NCBI GenBank assembly: GCA_002269645.1
Contig: NIVC01000542.1
Coordinates: 248,001-312,000, forward strand
Reading direction: 5' to 3'
Length of the DNA stretch: 64,000 bases
Source: Macrostomum lignano
Taxonomy: Eukaryota
Positions 45,701 through 60,700 of this stretch are shown here, piece by piece. The stretch's first letter is position 1. Each line of letters begins with the position of its first letter. The notes under the pieces were generated by a model. It made no database searches, was not told the DNA's origin, and saw nothing but the letters and a program-made list of their open reading frames with translations. The translations under genes and the position numbers were made by a program.

Positions 45701-48700
45701 GTCCAGCTGGTTGTTCCTAATGTCAAGCTCCAACTTTTGTCCATATAAGTTCCTCTCGCAATCAAGTAGTTCACTTTGCTTCTGTACGATTTCTGCCCAT
45801 CTGGTTTGCAACTCAATCTCAGCGATTGCCTTTCTTTCTTCAAAATTTGCTTGAGCCACAGCCAGTTCGTGTCTTGATGCAATGATGGAATCATTTGCTT
45901 CAGCTAATAATGTTTGGCTGCTTTCAAATTCTGATCCAGATGAACCATAACCAACCTCACCGTGCTGGAATTCAGTGTTAGTACTGGCGTCTACTATCCG
46001 TTCAGATGAACCTGAACCTGCATCAGCCTGGAAAAGCACTGCACTTGAGCTAGAATCGACTTTTCCGTCAGTAGTTCCGGAACCGATTTCGCTATAACTG
46101 ACTGCAGCAACTGTACTGGCATCGACGTTGTCATCCGTTGAGCCTACACTGGCGTCGATTAGAATACACTCCGCACTCGAGCTAGCATCGACTTTTCCAG
46201 CACATGATCCTGAGCCGATCTCACTATGCTCAACTTCAGCTCTAGTGCTGGCATCTACTTTCCTTTCAGATGAACCTGAACCTGCATCAGCCTGGAAAAG
46301 CACCGCACTTGAGCTAGAATCGACTTTTCCGTCAGTAGTTCCAGAACCGATTTCGATATAACTGACTGCAGCAACTGTACTGGCATCGACTTTGTCATCC
46401 GTTGAGCCTACACTGGCGTCGATTAGAATACACTCCGCACTCGAGCTAGCATCGACTTTTCCAGCACATGATCCTGAGCCTATCTCACTATACTCAACTT
46501 CAGCTCTAGTGCTGGCATCTACTTTCCTTTCAGATGAACCTGAACCTGCATCAGCCTGGAAAGGCACTGCACTTGAGCTAGAATCGACTTTTCCGTCAGT
46601 AGTTCCAGAACCGATTTCGCTATAACTGACTGCAGCAACTGTACTGGCATCAACGTTGTCATCCGTTGAGCCTATACTGACGTCGATTAGAATACACTCC
46701 GCACTCGAGCTAGCATCGACTTTTCCAGCACATGATCCTGAGCCGATCTCACTATGCTCAACTTCAGCTCTAGTGCTGGCATCTACTTTCCTTTCAGATG
46801 AACCTGAACCTGCATCAGCCTGGAAAAGCACCGCACTTGAGCTAGAATCGACTTTTCCGTCAGTAGATCCAGGACCAATTTCCCTATAACTGACTGCAGC
46901 AACTGTGCTGGAGTCGGCAGCACGATTCTCAACCTCAGCACTAGTGTCAGCATCCAGATTCCGTTCTGATGCATGCGACAATACATTATCTTGGAGACAC
47001 TCTGTGCCTGTGCTGGCATCAATTTTACCGTCAGACGATCCATAACCGACCTCACCGTGCTGGAATTCAGTGTTAGTACTGGCATCTACTTTCCTTTCAG
47101 ATGAACCTGAACCTGCATCAGCCTGGAAAAGCACTGCACTTGAGCTAGAATCGACTTTTCCGTCAGTAGTTCCAGAACCGATTTCGATATAACTGACTGC
47201 AGCAACTGTACTGGCATCGACTTTGTCATCCGTTGAGCCTACACTGGCGTCGATTAGAATACACTCCGCACTCGAGCTAGCATCGACTTTTCCGTCAATA
47301 GATCCAGGACCGATTTCACTATAACTGACTACAGCAGATGTGCTGGCATGGACGTTACCCTCTGCTGAGACTACAATGGCGTCGTCTTCTTGGATATTCA
47401 CTCGGCACTTTCGGCACACAGATACACCGATTTCGACACTTGAACTCTTATCAATCTTTTCGGCTGCACGATTCTCGACCTCAGCACTAGTGTCAGCATC
47501 TAGATTCCGTTCTGTTGCATGCGACAATACATTATCTTGGAGACACTCTGTGCCTGTGCTGGCATCAATTTTACCGCCAGACGATCCATAACCGACCTCA
47601 CCGTGCTGGAATTCAGTGTTAGTACTGGCGTCTACTATCCGTTCAGATGAACCTGAACCTGCATCAGCCTGGAAAAGCACTGCACTTGAGCTAGAATCGA
47701 CTTTTCCGTCAGTAGTTCCAGAACCGATTTCGCTATAACTGACTGCAGCAACTGTACTGGCATCGACGTTGTCATCCGTTGAGCCTACACTGGCGTCGAT
47801 TAGAATACACTCCGCACTCGAGCTAGCATCGACTTTTCCAGCACATGATCCTGAGCCTATCTCACTATACTCAACTTCAGCTCTAGTGCTGGCATCTACT
47901 TTCCTTTCAGATGAACCTGAACCTGCATCAGCCTGGAAAGGCACTGCACTTGAGCTAGAATCGACTTTTCCGTCAGTAGTTCCAGAACCGATTTCGCTAT
48001 AACTGACTGCAGCAACTGTACTGGCATCAACGTTGTCATCCGTTGAGCCTATACTGACGTCGATTAGAATACACTCCGCACTCGAGCTAGCATCGACTTT
48101 TCCAGCACATGATCCTGAGCCGATCTCACTATGCTCAACTTCAGCTCTAGTGCTGGCATCTACTTTCCTTTCAGATGAACCTGAACCTGCATCAGCCTGG
48201 AAAAGCACCGCACTTGAGCTAGAATCGACTTTTCCGTCAGTAGATCCAGGACCAATTTCCCTATAACTGACTGCAGCAACTGTGCTGGAGTCGGCAGCAC
48301 GATTCTCAACCTCAGCACTAGTGTCAGCATCCAGATTCCGTTCTGATGCATGCGACAATACATTATCTTGGAGACACTCTGTGCCTGTGCTGGCATCAAT
48401 TTTACCGTCAGACGATCCATAACCGACCTCACCGTGCTGGAATTCAGTGTTAGTACTGGCATCTACTTTCCTTTCAGATGAACCTGAACCTGCATCAGCC
48501 TGGAAAAGCACTGCACTTGAGCTAGAATCGACTTTTCCGTCAGTAGTTCCAGAACCGATTTCGCTATAACTGACTGCAGCAACTATACTGGCATCGACGT
48601 TGTCATCCGTTGAGCCTACACTGGCGTCGATTAGAATACACTCCGCACTCGAGCTAGCATCGACTTTTCCGTCAATAGATCCAGGACCGATTTCACTATA

Positions 48701-51700
48701 ACTGACTACAGCAGATGTGCTGGCATGGACGTTACCCTCTGCTGAGACTACAATGGCGTCGTCTTCTTGGATATTCACTCGGCACTTTCGGCACACAGAT
48801 ACACCGATTTCGACACTTGAACTCTTATCAATCTTTTCGGCTGCACGATTCTCGACCTCAGCACTAGTGTCAGCATCTAGATTCCGTTCTGATGCATGCG
48901 ACAATACATTATCTTGGAGACACTCTGTGCCTGTGCTGGCATCAATTTTACCGCCAGACGATCCATAACCGACCTCACCGTGCTGGAATTCAGTGTTAGT
49001 ACTGGCGTCTACTATCCGTTCAGGTGAACCTGAACCTGCATCAGCCTGGAAAAGCACTGCACTTGAGCTAGAATCGACTTTTCCGTCAGTAGTTCCAGAA
49101 CCGATTTCGCTATAACTGACTGCAGCAACTGTACTGGCATCGACGTTGTCATCCGTTGAGCCTACACTGGCGTCGATTAGAATACACTCCGCACTCGAGC
49201 TAGCATCGACTTTTCCAGCACATGATCCTGAGCCTATCTCACTATACTCAACTTCAGCTCTAGTGCTGGCATCTACTTTCCTTTCAGATGAACCTGAACC
49301 TGCATCAGCCTGGAAAAGCACTGCACTTGAGCTAGAATCGACTTTTCCGTCAGTAGTTCCAGAACCGATTTCGCTATAACTGACTGCAGCAACTGTACTG
49401 GCATCGACGTTGTCATCCGTTGAGCCTACACTGGCGTCGATTAGAATACACTCCGCACTCGAGCTAGCATCGACTTTTCCGTCAATAGATCCAGGACCGA
49501 TTTCACTATAACTGACTACAGCAGATGTGCTGGCATGGACGTTACCCTCTGCTGAGACTACAATGGCGTCGTCTTCTTGGATATTCACTCGGCACTTTCG
49601 GCACACAGATACACTGATTTCGACACTTGAACTCTTATCAATCTTTTCGGCTGCACGATTCTCGACCTCAGCACTAGTGTCAGCATCTAGATTCCGTTCT
49701 GATGCATGCGACAATACATTATCTTGGAGACACTCTGTGCCTGTGCTGGCATCAATTTTACCGCCAGACGATCCATAACCGACCTCACCGTGCTGGAATT
49801 CAGTGTTAGTACTGGCGTCTACTATCCGTTCAGATGAACCTGAACCTGCATCAGCCTGGAAAAGCACTGCACTTGAGCTAGAATCGACTTTTCCGTCAGT
49901 AGTTCCAGAACCGATTTCGCTATAACTGACTGCAGCAACTGTACTGGCATCGACATTGTCATCCGTTGAGCCTACACTGGCGTCGATTAGAATACACTCC
50001 GCACTCGAGCTAGCATCGACTTTTCCAGCACATGATCCTGAGCCGATCTCACTATGCTCAACTTCAGCTCTAGTGCTGGCATCTACTTTCCTTTCAGATG
50101 AACCTGAACCTGCATCAGCCTGGAAAAGCACCGCACTTGAGCTAGAATCGACTTTTCCGTCAGTAGATCCAGGACCAATTTCCCTATAACTGACTGCAGC
50201 AACTGTGCTGGAGTCGGCAGCACGATTCTCAACCTCAGCACTAGTGTCAGCATCCAGATTCCGTTCTGATGCATGCGACAATACATTATCTTGGAGACAC
50301 TCTGTGCCTGTGCTGGCATCAATTTTACCGTCAGACGATCCATAACCGACCTCACCGTGCTGGAATTCAGTGTTAGTACTGGCATCTACTTTCCTTTCAG
50401 ATGAACCTGAACCTGCATCAGCCTGGAAAAGCACTGCACTTGAGCTAGAATCGACTTTTCCGTCAGTAGTTCCAGAACCGATTTCGCTATAACTGACTGC
50501 AGCAACTATACTGGCATCGACGTTGTCATCCGTTGAGCCTACACTGGCGTCGATTAGAATACACTCCGCACTCGAGCTAGCATCGACTTTTCCGTCAATA
50601 GATCCAGGACCGATTTCACTATAACTGACTACAGCAGATGTGCTGGCATGGACGTTACCCTCTGCTGAGACTACAATGGCGTCGTCTTCTTGGATATTCA
50701 CTCGGCACTTTCGGCACACAGATACACCGATTTCGACACTTGAACTCTTATCAATCTTTTCGGCTGCACGATTCTCGACCTCAGCACTAGTGTCAGCATC
50801 TAGATTCCGTTCTGATGCATGCGACAATACATTATCTTGGAGACACTCTGTGCCTGTGCTGGCATCAATTTTACCGCCAGACGATCCATAACCGACCTCA
50901 CCGTGCTGGAATTCAGTGTTAGTACTGGCGTCTACTATCCGTTCAGATGAACCTGAACCTGCATCAGCCTGGAAAAGCACTGCACTTGAGCTAGAATCGA
51001 CTTTTCCGTCAGTAGTTCCAGAACCGATTTCGCTATAACTGACTGCAGCAACTGTACTGGCATCGACGTTGTCATCCGTTGAGCCTACACTGGCGTCGAT
51101 TAGAATACACTCCGCACTCGAGCTAGCATCGACTTTTCCAGCACATGATCCTGAGCCTATCTCACTATACTCAACTTCAGCTCTAGTGCTGGCATCTACT
51201 TTCCTTTCAGATGAACCTAAACCTGCATCAGCCTGGAAAAGCACTGCACTTGAGCTAGAATCGACTTTTCCGTCAGTAGTTCCAGAACCGATTTCGCTAT
51301 AACTGATTGCAGCAACTGTACTGGCATCGACATTGTCATCCGTTGAGCCTACACTGGCGTCGATTAGAATACACTCCGCACTCGAGCTAGCATCGACTTT
51401 TCCAGCACATGATCCTGAGCCTATCTCACTATACTCAACTTCAGCTCTAGTGCTGGCATCTACTTTCCTTTCAGATGAACCTGAACCTGCATCAGCCTGG
51501 AAAAGCACTGCACTTGAGCTAGAATCGACTTTTCCGTCAGTAGTTCCAGAACCGATTTCGATATAACTGACTGCAGCAACTGTACTGGCATCGACGTTGT
51601 CATCCGTTGAGCCTACACTGGCGTCGATTAGAATACACTCCGCACTCGAGCTAGCATCGACTTTTCCGTCAATAGATCCAGGACCGATTTCACTATAACT

Positions 51701-54700
51701 GACTACAGCAGATGTGCTGGCATGGACGTTACCCTCTGCTGAGACTACAATGGCGTCGTCTTCTTGGATATTCACTCGGCACTTTCGGCACACAGATACA
51801 CCGATTTCGACACTTGAACTCTTATCAATCTTTTCGGCTGCACGATTCTCGACCTCAGCACTAGTGTCAGCATCTAGATTCCGTTCTGATGCATGCGACA
51901 ATACATTATCTTGGAGACACTCTGTGCCTGTGCTGGCATCAATTTTACCGCCAGACGATCCATAACCGACCTCACCGTGCTGGAATTCAGTGTTAGTACT
52001 GGCGTCTACTATCCGTTCAGATGAACCTGAACCTGCATCAGCCTGGAAAAGCACTGCACTTGAGCTAGAATCGACTTTTCCGTCAGTAGTTCCAGAACCG
52101 ATTTCGCTATAACTGACTGCAGCAACTGTACTGGCATCGACATTGTCATCCGTTGAGCCTACACTGGCGTCGATTAGAATACACTCCGCACTCGAGCTAG
52201 CATCGACTTTTCCAGCACATGATCCTGAGCCGATCTCACTATGCTCAACTTCAGCTCTAGTGCTGGCATCTACTTTCCTTTCAGATGAACCTGAACCTGC
52301 ATCAGCCTGGAAAAGCACTGCACTTGAGCTAGAATCGACTTTTCCGTCAGTAGATCCAGGACCAATTTCCCTATAACTGACTGCAGCAACTGTGCTGGAG
52401 TCGGCAGCACGATTCTCAACCTCAGCACTAGTGTCAGCATCCAGATTCCGTTCTGATGCATGCGACAATACATTATCTTGGAGACACTCTGTGCCTGTGC
52501 TGGCATCAATTTTACCGTCAGACGATCCATAACCGACCTCACCGTGCTGGAATTCAGTGTTAGTACTGGCATCTACTTTCCTTTCAGATGAACCTGAACC
52601 TGCATCAGCCTGGAAAAGCACTGCACTTGAGCTAGAATCGACTTTTCCGTCAGTAGTTCCAGAACCGATTTCGCTATAACTGATTGCAGCAACTGTACTG
52701 GCATCGACTTTGTCATCCGTTGAGCCTACACTGGCGTCGATTAGAATACACTCCGCACTCGAGCTAGCATCGACTTTTCCGTCAATAGATCCAGAACCGA
52801 TTTCGCTATAACTGACTGCAGCAACTGTACTGGCATCGACGTTACCCTCTGCTGAGACTACAATGGCGTCGTCTTCTTGGATATTCACTCGGCACTTTCG
52901 GCACACAGATACACCGATTTCGACACTTGAACTCTTATCAATCTTTTCGGCTGCACGATTCTCGACCTCAGCACTAGTGTCAGCATCTAGATTCCGTTCT
53001 GATGCATGCGACAATACATTATCTTGGCGAAATCCTGTGCCTGTGCTGGCATCAATTTTATCGCCAGACGATCCATAACTGACCTGGAATTCAGTGTTAG
53101 TTCTGGCATCTACTTCCTTTTCAGATGAACCTGAACCTGCATCAGCCTGAAAAAGCACTGCACTTGAGCTAGAATCGACTTTTCTGTCAGTAGATTTAGA
53201 ACTAATTTTACTATGCATGTAATTGACTGCAGCACCAGTGCTGGTATCAACGCTGCTGTTTGATGAGTCTATACTTACATCTATGTTGAGACCCTCAGCA
53301 TTCAAACTAGAATCAAGCTTACTATGTTGAGCTTCAGCTTCCGATGAACCTGAGCTTGCATCACTATGGAGAAGCTCTGTACTTAAGCCCGCAGTGGCCT
53401 TTCTGTCAGGTGATCCAGAACCGAGCCCACTGTGCTCGATATCAGCTCCAGTGATGGAGGAAACTGTTTTTTCTGAATTTAGGCAAAGAGCATGGTTGGG
53501 CACATCCAACTCCTCAGTAATTTGACTACTGGCTTCAGTAGTTGTAGGTAGTGCATAGCAGCAGAAGTCTTTTGAAATAACATTCGAGTCTTGTGTTGGC
53601 GTCTCCTCGTCACAGGAAAAAACAAGCGCGGATGGTGCACTAAATCCAGAATCTTTCAAGTGAGGGGAATTAAGAGCATCAAATAAGCGCCGCTGTGAGA
53701 TCGTATTAGGAGTAGAGTAAGTAGGGACTTCTGAATCATTCGAATACACAGAAGTTTGTGCTGCAGAATCAATCAGCTTAAGCGCAGTGCTTGTGCCTTT
53801 GCATTCGTGCAAAACTTCTTGTGGTGCATTTTCGATGTCGACTTGGTCGGTCGATTCTAGCAAAGCAGACTGAAGTGATGATTTCTCTGATGCGAGTTGA
53901 TCTAATCTAAGATTCTGACTTTTTACTGTTTTTAACAACTCTTTTAAGGCATTTTTATAGTAGCTGAGGCTTTGAATACCTTCTACGCATTGACTATACA
54001 AAGTAGTGCCTTCGTTAGATTCTTGATTATCCGTTTGCGAAGAAGCATTTGCCGTAATGACAGTGGTATCTGAACCAGCATAATAAGCATTCGTCAGATT
54101 TTTAAGCTCCTCTGAAAAAGATTCGCGGAAAAAGGATGAATCCGTCTCTAGTCTGGCAACGATTGCCTTTAAATCTTTTGTCTCAGACAAAAGAGACTCA
54201 ATCCGAGCATTATTACTTTCTAACTCAGAGCGTTGCTCTTCAATTCGGATATCTCTATAATTTAATTCTGAATTTAAACTTAAAATCAACTCGTCTTGTT
54301 GTCTTATTTGCTCAGACAACAGAACATTTTTAGACTCCAGTTCATTTGCCTCTCTACGAATTTCTGCAAGATCTTGTGCGAGAACGTCGCGTTCAGCGGC
54401 AACTTCAATCAACGAATTTTTCAAATATGTGGGACTTGCTTCAGTCTCGTCATCAAAAGGCTTGCAGGATAGAGAATCTCCCCAGTTAGGATCTAAACCG
54501 GATGGATTAGACGATGAGCGAGTCTCTAGCTGTTGTTGAAAGGTAAAAGCTCGATTTTCAGCATCTGTGAGTTTCTCTTCAATTTGCAGCTTTTCTTCAT
54601 AGACTTTAGTTTGAGAGTCCAAAAGCTCTTGGAACTCTGATTCGGTTGCTCTCAGTGTAGTTTCTAACTTCTTATTCTTTTGCTCAATTTTACGCTGTTC

Positions 54701-57700
54701 TTCTTGAAGAGCAGCTTTTTCAATTGACATTTCTTTGATCGTATCATTTGCCGCAAGAATTTGCTGCGCCTGGTGCTCCTTATTTTCCTGCAGGATAGCC
54801 TCTGCTGATTTTACCTCGGCTATTAGTTGGTGCAATGTGGACAATTCTGATTTCATGGAATCTATATGAGCCTTCAATTGGTCCTGCTCCGCCACAGCAT
54901 TCTTTTTTGCAGCTAGAAGGGCATCACTTTCGGCCTTCAATTGGCTATTTAATTGCTCAGTCGAACTAAGTGATTCCTGCAATTTAGAATTATTAATGGC
55001 TATTGATGACGTTTCGTGTCTCAAAATTTCTAACCGCGCTTCTAGAACTTCCTTTTCTTCCATTAACGATCGATTTGTCGCACTAAGAATGCGCTCACGC
55101 TCGGCAACTAAGTCAATTGTCTGCTCAAGTTCGGCCGATCGGTTTACAAGAGCTTCAAGCTTCTTGCGCATTGTCTCTTTCTCTTTTAGCGCATTTTCAT
55201 ACAAGTCTTGAAGTTGGCGAAATTCAAATTTAGAGTTAGGGCTCTCTAAAAACGAATAATCTGGTCCAATGTGTTGAATATCAGATGAAACAGAATAAAA
55301 ATCGTCTTCAGATTCATCGACATCGGAGTGCAAATTCAACGTGTTTGCTGCGACCGAGTTCCAGGCAATTTGCCCGATCTCAACAACTCTTTGATGGGTA
55401 TCTTCTGATGAAGCTGATGTAGCTGGCATGACTGGTGAATCCGTTTGACAGAAGGCATCACAGGACAGGGAAACAACTGCGAGGCAACTTTCAGACTGAG
55501 AAATTAATCGTGTGTTTAGAGCCACCTTGTCTAAACAGCGACTATTCCATCTAGGGCCGATAAAAGAGGATAACAAAAAGTCTAAACCAGATTGCCTCTT
55601 TGAACCACTCCAATTAGCTGTATTAGTTAAATCCTCATGAATAACTGGTTTCTTGAGTGAAGCAGATGCCTTAGTAGACGATTCTAAGGGTTGATTCTCT
55701 GATTCCTGACGTAGCAAATGAAGATCACTCATGCTTAGGGACGGCTTCAACTTATCTTTAGCGAAAATATATGAACTTGTGACAAGAGTATCTGTTAAAT
55801 AAGGTTTTTCAGTTGGGCCACTCGAGGCAACAGCCAATTCAAGTTTTGTGCTCGCGCTTGTCTCAATTCTCTCGTCAGTGAATCCACTGGAAGCATAAGA
55901 AAATTCGATCTTTGTGCTTGTGCTTGCGTCGATACTTTTTTTAGTTGGACCACTCGATGCATCTGCAAATCCGAGTTTTGCGCTGCTGCTGCCATCAACT
56001 CTCTCTTCGCTTAGTCCACTAGATGCATCAGCAATGTTGACTTTTGCGCTTGTGCTTGCGTCAACACCTTCTTGAGTAAAACCACTTGGTGCATCAGCAA
56101 TGTTGACTTTTGCGCTTGTGCTTGCGTCGATACTTTCTTTAGTTGCACTACTCGACGCATCAGCAACTTCGAGTTTTGCGCTGGTGCTGGCATCAACTCT
56201 CTTTTCGCCTAGTCCGCTCGATGCATCAGCATACTCGAGTTTTGCGTCTGTGCTGGCATCAGCTCTCTCGTCGCTTAGTCCGCTCGATGCATCAGCAAAT
56301 TCGAGCTTTACGTCTGTGCAGGCATCAGCTCTCTCTTTGCTTAGTCCGCTCGATGCATCTGCAAATTCGAGCTTTGCGTCTGTGCTGGCATCAGTCCTCT
56401 CTTTGCTTAGTCCGCTCGATGCATCAGCAAATTCGAGCTTTGCGCTAGTGCTGGCATGAACTCTTTCTTCGCTTAGTCCGCTCGATGCATCAACAAATTC
56501 GAGCTTTAAGCTTGTGCTGACATCAGCTCTCTCTTCGCTTAGTCCGCTCGATGCATCAGCAATGTTGACTTTTGTGCTTGTGCTTGCGTCGATACTTTCT
56601 TTAGTTGGACTACTCGACGCATCAGCAACTTCGAGTTTTGCGCTGGTGCTGGCATCAACTTTCTCGTCGCTTAGTCCGCTCGATGCATCGGCAAATTCGA
56701 GCTTTGCGTCTGTGCTGGCATCAGCTCTCTCTTCGCTTAGTCCACTGGATGCATCAGCAAATTCGAGCTTTGCGTCTGTGCTGGCATCAGTTCTCTCTTT
56801 GCTTAGTCCGCTCGATGCATCTGCAAATTCGAGCTTTGCGCTGGTGCTGGCATCAACTTTCTCGTCGCTTAGTCCGCTCGATGCATCGGCAAATTCGAGC
56901 TTTGCGTCTGTGCTGGCATCAGTTCTCTCTTTGCTTAGTCCGCTCGATGCATCAGCAAATTCGAGCTTTGCGTCTGTGCTGGCATCAGTTCTCTCTTTGC
57001 TTAGTCCGCTCGATGCATCTGCAAATTCGAGCTTTGCGCTGGTGCTGGCATCAACTCTCTCTTCGCCTAGTCCGCTAGATGCATCAGCATACTCGAGTTT
57101 TGCGTCTGTGCTTGCATCAGTTCTCTCTTTGCTTAGTCCGCTAGATGCATCAGCAACTTCGAGTTTTGCGCTGGTGCTGGCATCAACTTTCTCGTCGCTT
57201 AGTACGCTCGATGCATTTGCAAATTCGAGCTTTACTTCTGTGCTGGCATCAGCTCTCTCTTCGCTTAGTCCGCTCGATGCATCAGCAACTTCGAGTTTTG
57301 CGCTGGTGCTGGCATGAACTCTCTCTTCGCTTAGTCCGCTCGATGCATCAGCAAATTCGAGCTTTACGTCTGTGCAGGCATCAGCTCTCTCTTTGCTTAG
57401 TCCGCTCGATGCATCTGCAAATTCGAGCTTTGCGTCTGTGCTGGCATCAGCTCTCTCTTTGTTTAGTCCACTGGATGCATCAGCAATTTTGACTTTTGCG
57501 CTTGTGCTTGCGTCGATACTTTCTTTAGTTGCACTACTCGACGCATCAACAACTTCGAGTTTTGCGCTGGTGCTGGCATCAACTCTCTCGTCGCTTAGTA
57601 CGCTCGATGCATTTGCAAATTCGAGCTTTACTTCTGTGCTGGCATCAGCTCTCTCTTCGCTTAGTCCGCTCGATGCATCAGCAACTTCGAGTTTTGCGCT

Positions 57701-60700
57701 GGTGCTGGCATGAACTCTGTCTTCGCTTAGTCCGCTCGATGCATCAGCTCTCTCTTCGCTTAGTCCGCTCGATGCATCTGCAAATTCGAGCTTTGCGTCT
57801 GTGCAGGCATCAGCTCTCTCTTTGCTTAGTCCGCTCGATGCATCTGCAAATTCGAGCTTTACGTCTGTGCAGGCATCAGCTCTCTCTTTGCTTAGTCCGC
57901 TCGATGCATCAGCAAATTCGAGCTTTGCGTCTGTGCTGGCATCAGTTCTCTCTTTGCTTAGTCCGCTCGATGCATCTGCAAATTCGAGCTTTGCGCTGGT
58001 GCTGGCATCAACTCTCTCTTCGCCTAGTCCGCTAGATGCATCAGCATACTCGAGTTTTGCGTCTGTGCTGGCATCAGTTCTCTCTTTGCTTAGTCCGCTA
58101 GATGCATCAGCAACTTCGAGTTTTGCGCTGGTGCTGGCATCAACTTTCTCGTCGCTTAGTACGCTCGATGCATTTGCAAATTCGAGCTTTACTTCTGTGC
58201 TGGCATCAGCTCTCTCTTCGCTTAGTCCGCTCGATGCATCAGCAACTTCGAGTTTTGCGCTGGTGCTGGCATGAACTCTCTCTTCGCTTAGTCCGCTCGA
58301 TGCATCAGCAAATTCGAGCTTTACGTCTGTGCAGGCATCAGCTCTCTCTTTGCTTAGTCCGCTCGATGCATCTGCAAATTCGAGCTTTGCGTCTGTGCTG
58401 GCATCAGCTCTCTCTTTGTTTAGTCCACTGGATGCATCAGCAATTTTGACTTTTGCGCTTGTGCTTGCGTCGATACTTTCTTTAGTTGCACTACTCGACG
58501 CATCAACAACTTCGAGTTTTGCGCTGGTGCTGGCATCAACTCTCTCGTCGCTTAGTACGCTCGATGCATTTGCAAATTCGAGCTTTACTTCTGTGCTGGC
58601 ATCAGCTCTCTCTTCGCTTAGTCCGCTCGATGCATCAGCAACTTCGAGTTTTGCGCTGGTGCTGGCATGAACTCTGTCTTCGCTTAGTCCGCTCGATGCA
58701 TCAGCTCTCTCTTCGCTTAGTCCGCTCGATGCATCTGCAAATTCGAGCTTTGCGTCTGTGCAGGCATCAGCTCTCTCTTTGCTTAGTCCGCTCGATGCAT
58801 CTGCAAATTCGAGCTTTACGTCTGTGCAGGCATCAGCTCTCTCTTTGCTTAGTCCGCTCGATGCATCTGCAAATTTGAGCTTTGCGTCTGTGCTGGCATC
58901 AGCTCTCTCTTTGCTTAGTCCACTGGATGCATCAGCAATGTTGACTTTTGAGCTTGTGCTTGCGTCGATACTTTCTTTAGTTGCACTACTCGAAGCATCA
59001 GCAACTTCGAGTTTTGCGCTGGTGCTGGCATTAACTCTGTCTTCGCCTAGTCCGCTAGATGCATCAGCAATGTTGCCTCTTGCGTCTGTGCTGGCATCCG
59101 CTCTCTCGTCGCTTAGTCCGCTCGATGCATCAGCAAATTCGAGCTTTGCGCTTGTGCTGACATCAGCTCTCTCTTCGCTTAGTCCGCTCGATGCATCAGC
59201 AAATTCGAGCTTTGCGCTGGTGCTGACATCAGCTCTCTCTTCGCTTCGTCCGCTCGATGCATCAACAAATTCGAGTTTTGCGCTTGTGCTGGCCTCAGCT
59301 TTCTCTTCGCTTAGTCCGCTCGATGCATCAGCAAATTCGAGTTTTGCGCTGGTGCTGGCATGGCTTGTGCCTGCATTTTGAGCTAAATTTTCCTCTTTTT
59401 GTCCAATTATTTTTCGATTCGTATGATCTATACTTAGAACAGGCGGCATGCTTGCTGAAATGAGAATATTGGGTAAGCTCTCACATCTTCTGATTTGAAA
59501 TGTTTTGGACGAGAGCCTGATAAATTCGTTGGTTTCTGTTTGAAGTCCAAATAGCGCACTTCTTTTTCGCTGCGTATATTCGTCTATTTGATGTGGAACA
59601 CCGAAATCGCTTGTTTCGTGAAGTGCATAGCCACTACTATTTATAAGGCCAACAGTTTCCGATGTGCATGTATACTCTAAATCATGCGAGAACTCGTTTT
59701 CTTCGAAAAATTCCTCACATTGAGCGAGGGCTGTAGTACTAACATGGTGATGCTGAGAACTCGTATCTACTAAGAAACTCTGTAACTTTTCTCGAAGTAT
59801 CTCCATATTTTGTTCCTGACTTTGATTTAATTCTACCAGTTGTACTAATTTTGAGTCCTTAATGCGCAAAAGCTCCTCAAGGTATGTATTCTGGCGACGG
59901 ATTTCGGATTCTGATTGCAACGCTCGGTCGTGGCTAGAAATAAGGTGATCAAGCTCATCTAGTATATTGAATTCGGATTTTTGCTGCCCTCTTTTAAATG
60001 GTGCTCTCAAAAATGTGCGATCTTTGAGTTGCCTCGAAATAGTTTCAAGAATACATTTTTTCTCAAGAACGTCCAACGATAAGCGATCAAGTCTAGCCAA
60101 TAAGTCTCCGTTTTCAGATGGCAGCAGTCCAATATGCTGATTGAAGTCCTTTGATACTTTTTCGCCCACTTTATCAATTTCGGTCTGCAAACAGGTCAAT
60201 CGATCAACGAGCTGTTTGATGTGATTACTAGCCTGAGAAAGATTTACGTCCTTAGTTTCTGACTCAGCTCGTAAGGCTTGCCGCTCATCAGAGAGTCGAC
60301 ATACTTCCAACTCAAATTCATCAATAAGGGATCGTGTAAAATCAAGCGCTTCTTTGAGACCTCTGTTCTCATCAGATAGACTGATATTCTGGTTAGACAG
60401 AGTGAAAACTTGCATATTTAGGCCACGAAGGACAACTTTCATCTCTTCGTTGTATCGTTCCACGAAGGTTTGGTGGCTTAGAACTTCTGTCTGTGTTTCA
60501 ACAGACACAGAATTGCGAGCGGTCACATTAAAAGCTCTTAAGGTGGTGTCCAACTCAAATGTTGCGTCACCTTGAACATAATCATGCATGACTTCCATTT
60601 GAAGTGAGCTTGGTGCAGAGACAGCATGATTCTTTGCCTCGTCGGATTGGAAATATGTTGGTACTTCAAGAACTGATTCACTAGCTGCTCCGAATCTCGG

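Noticed and set aside
46128-59463. Numerous plus-strand ORFs antisense to the giant exon
   Set aside because: These are shadows of the repetitive sense ORF and recur with the repeat period; there is no independent coding signal.
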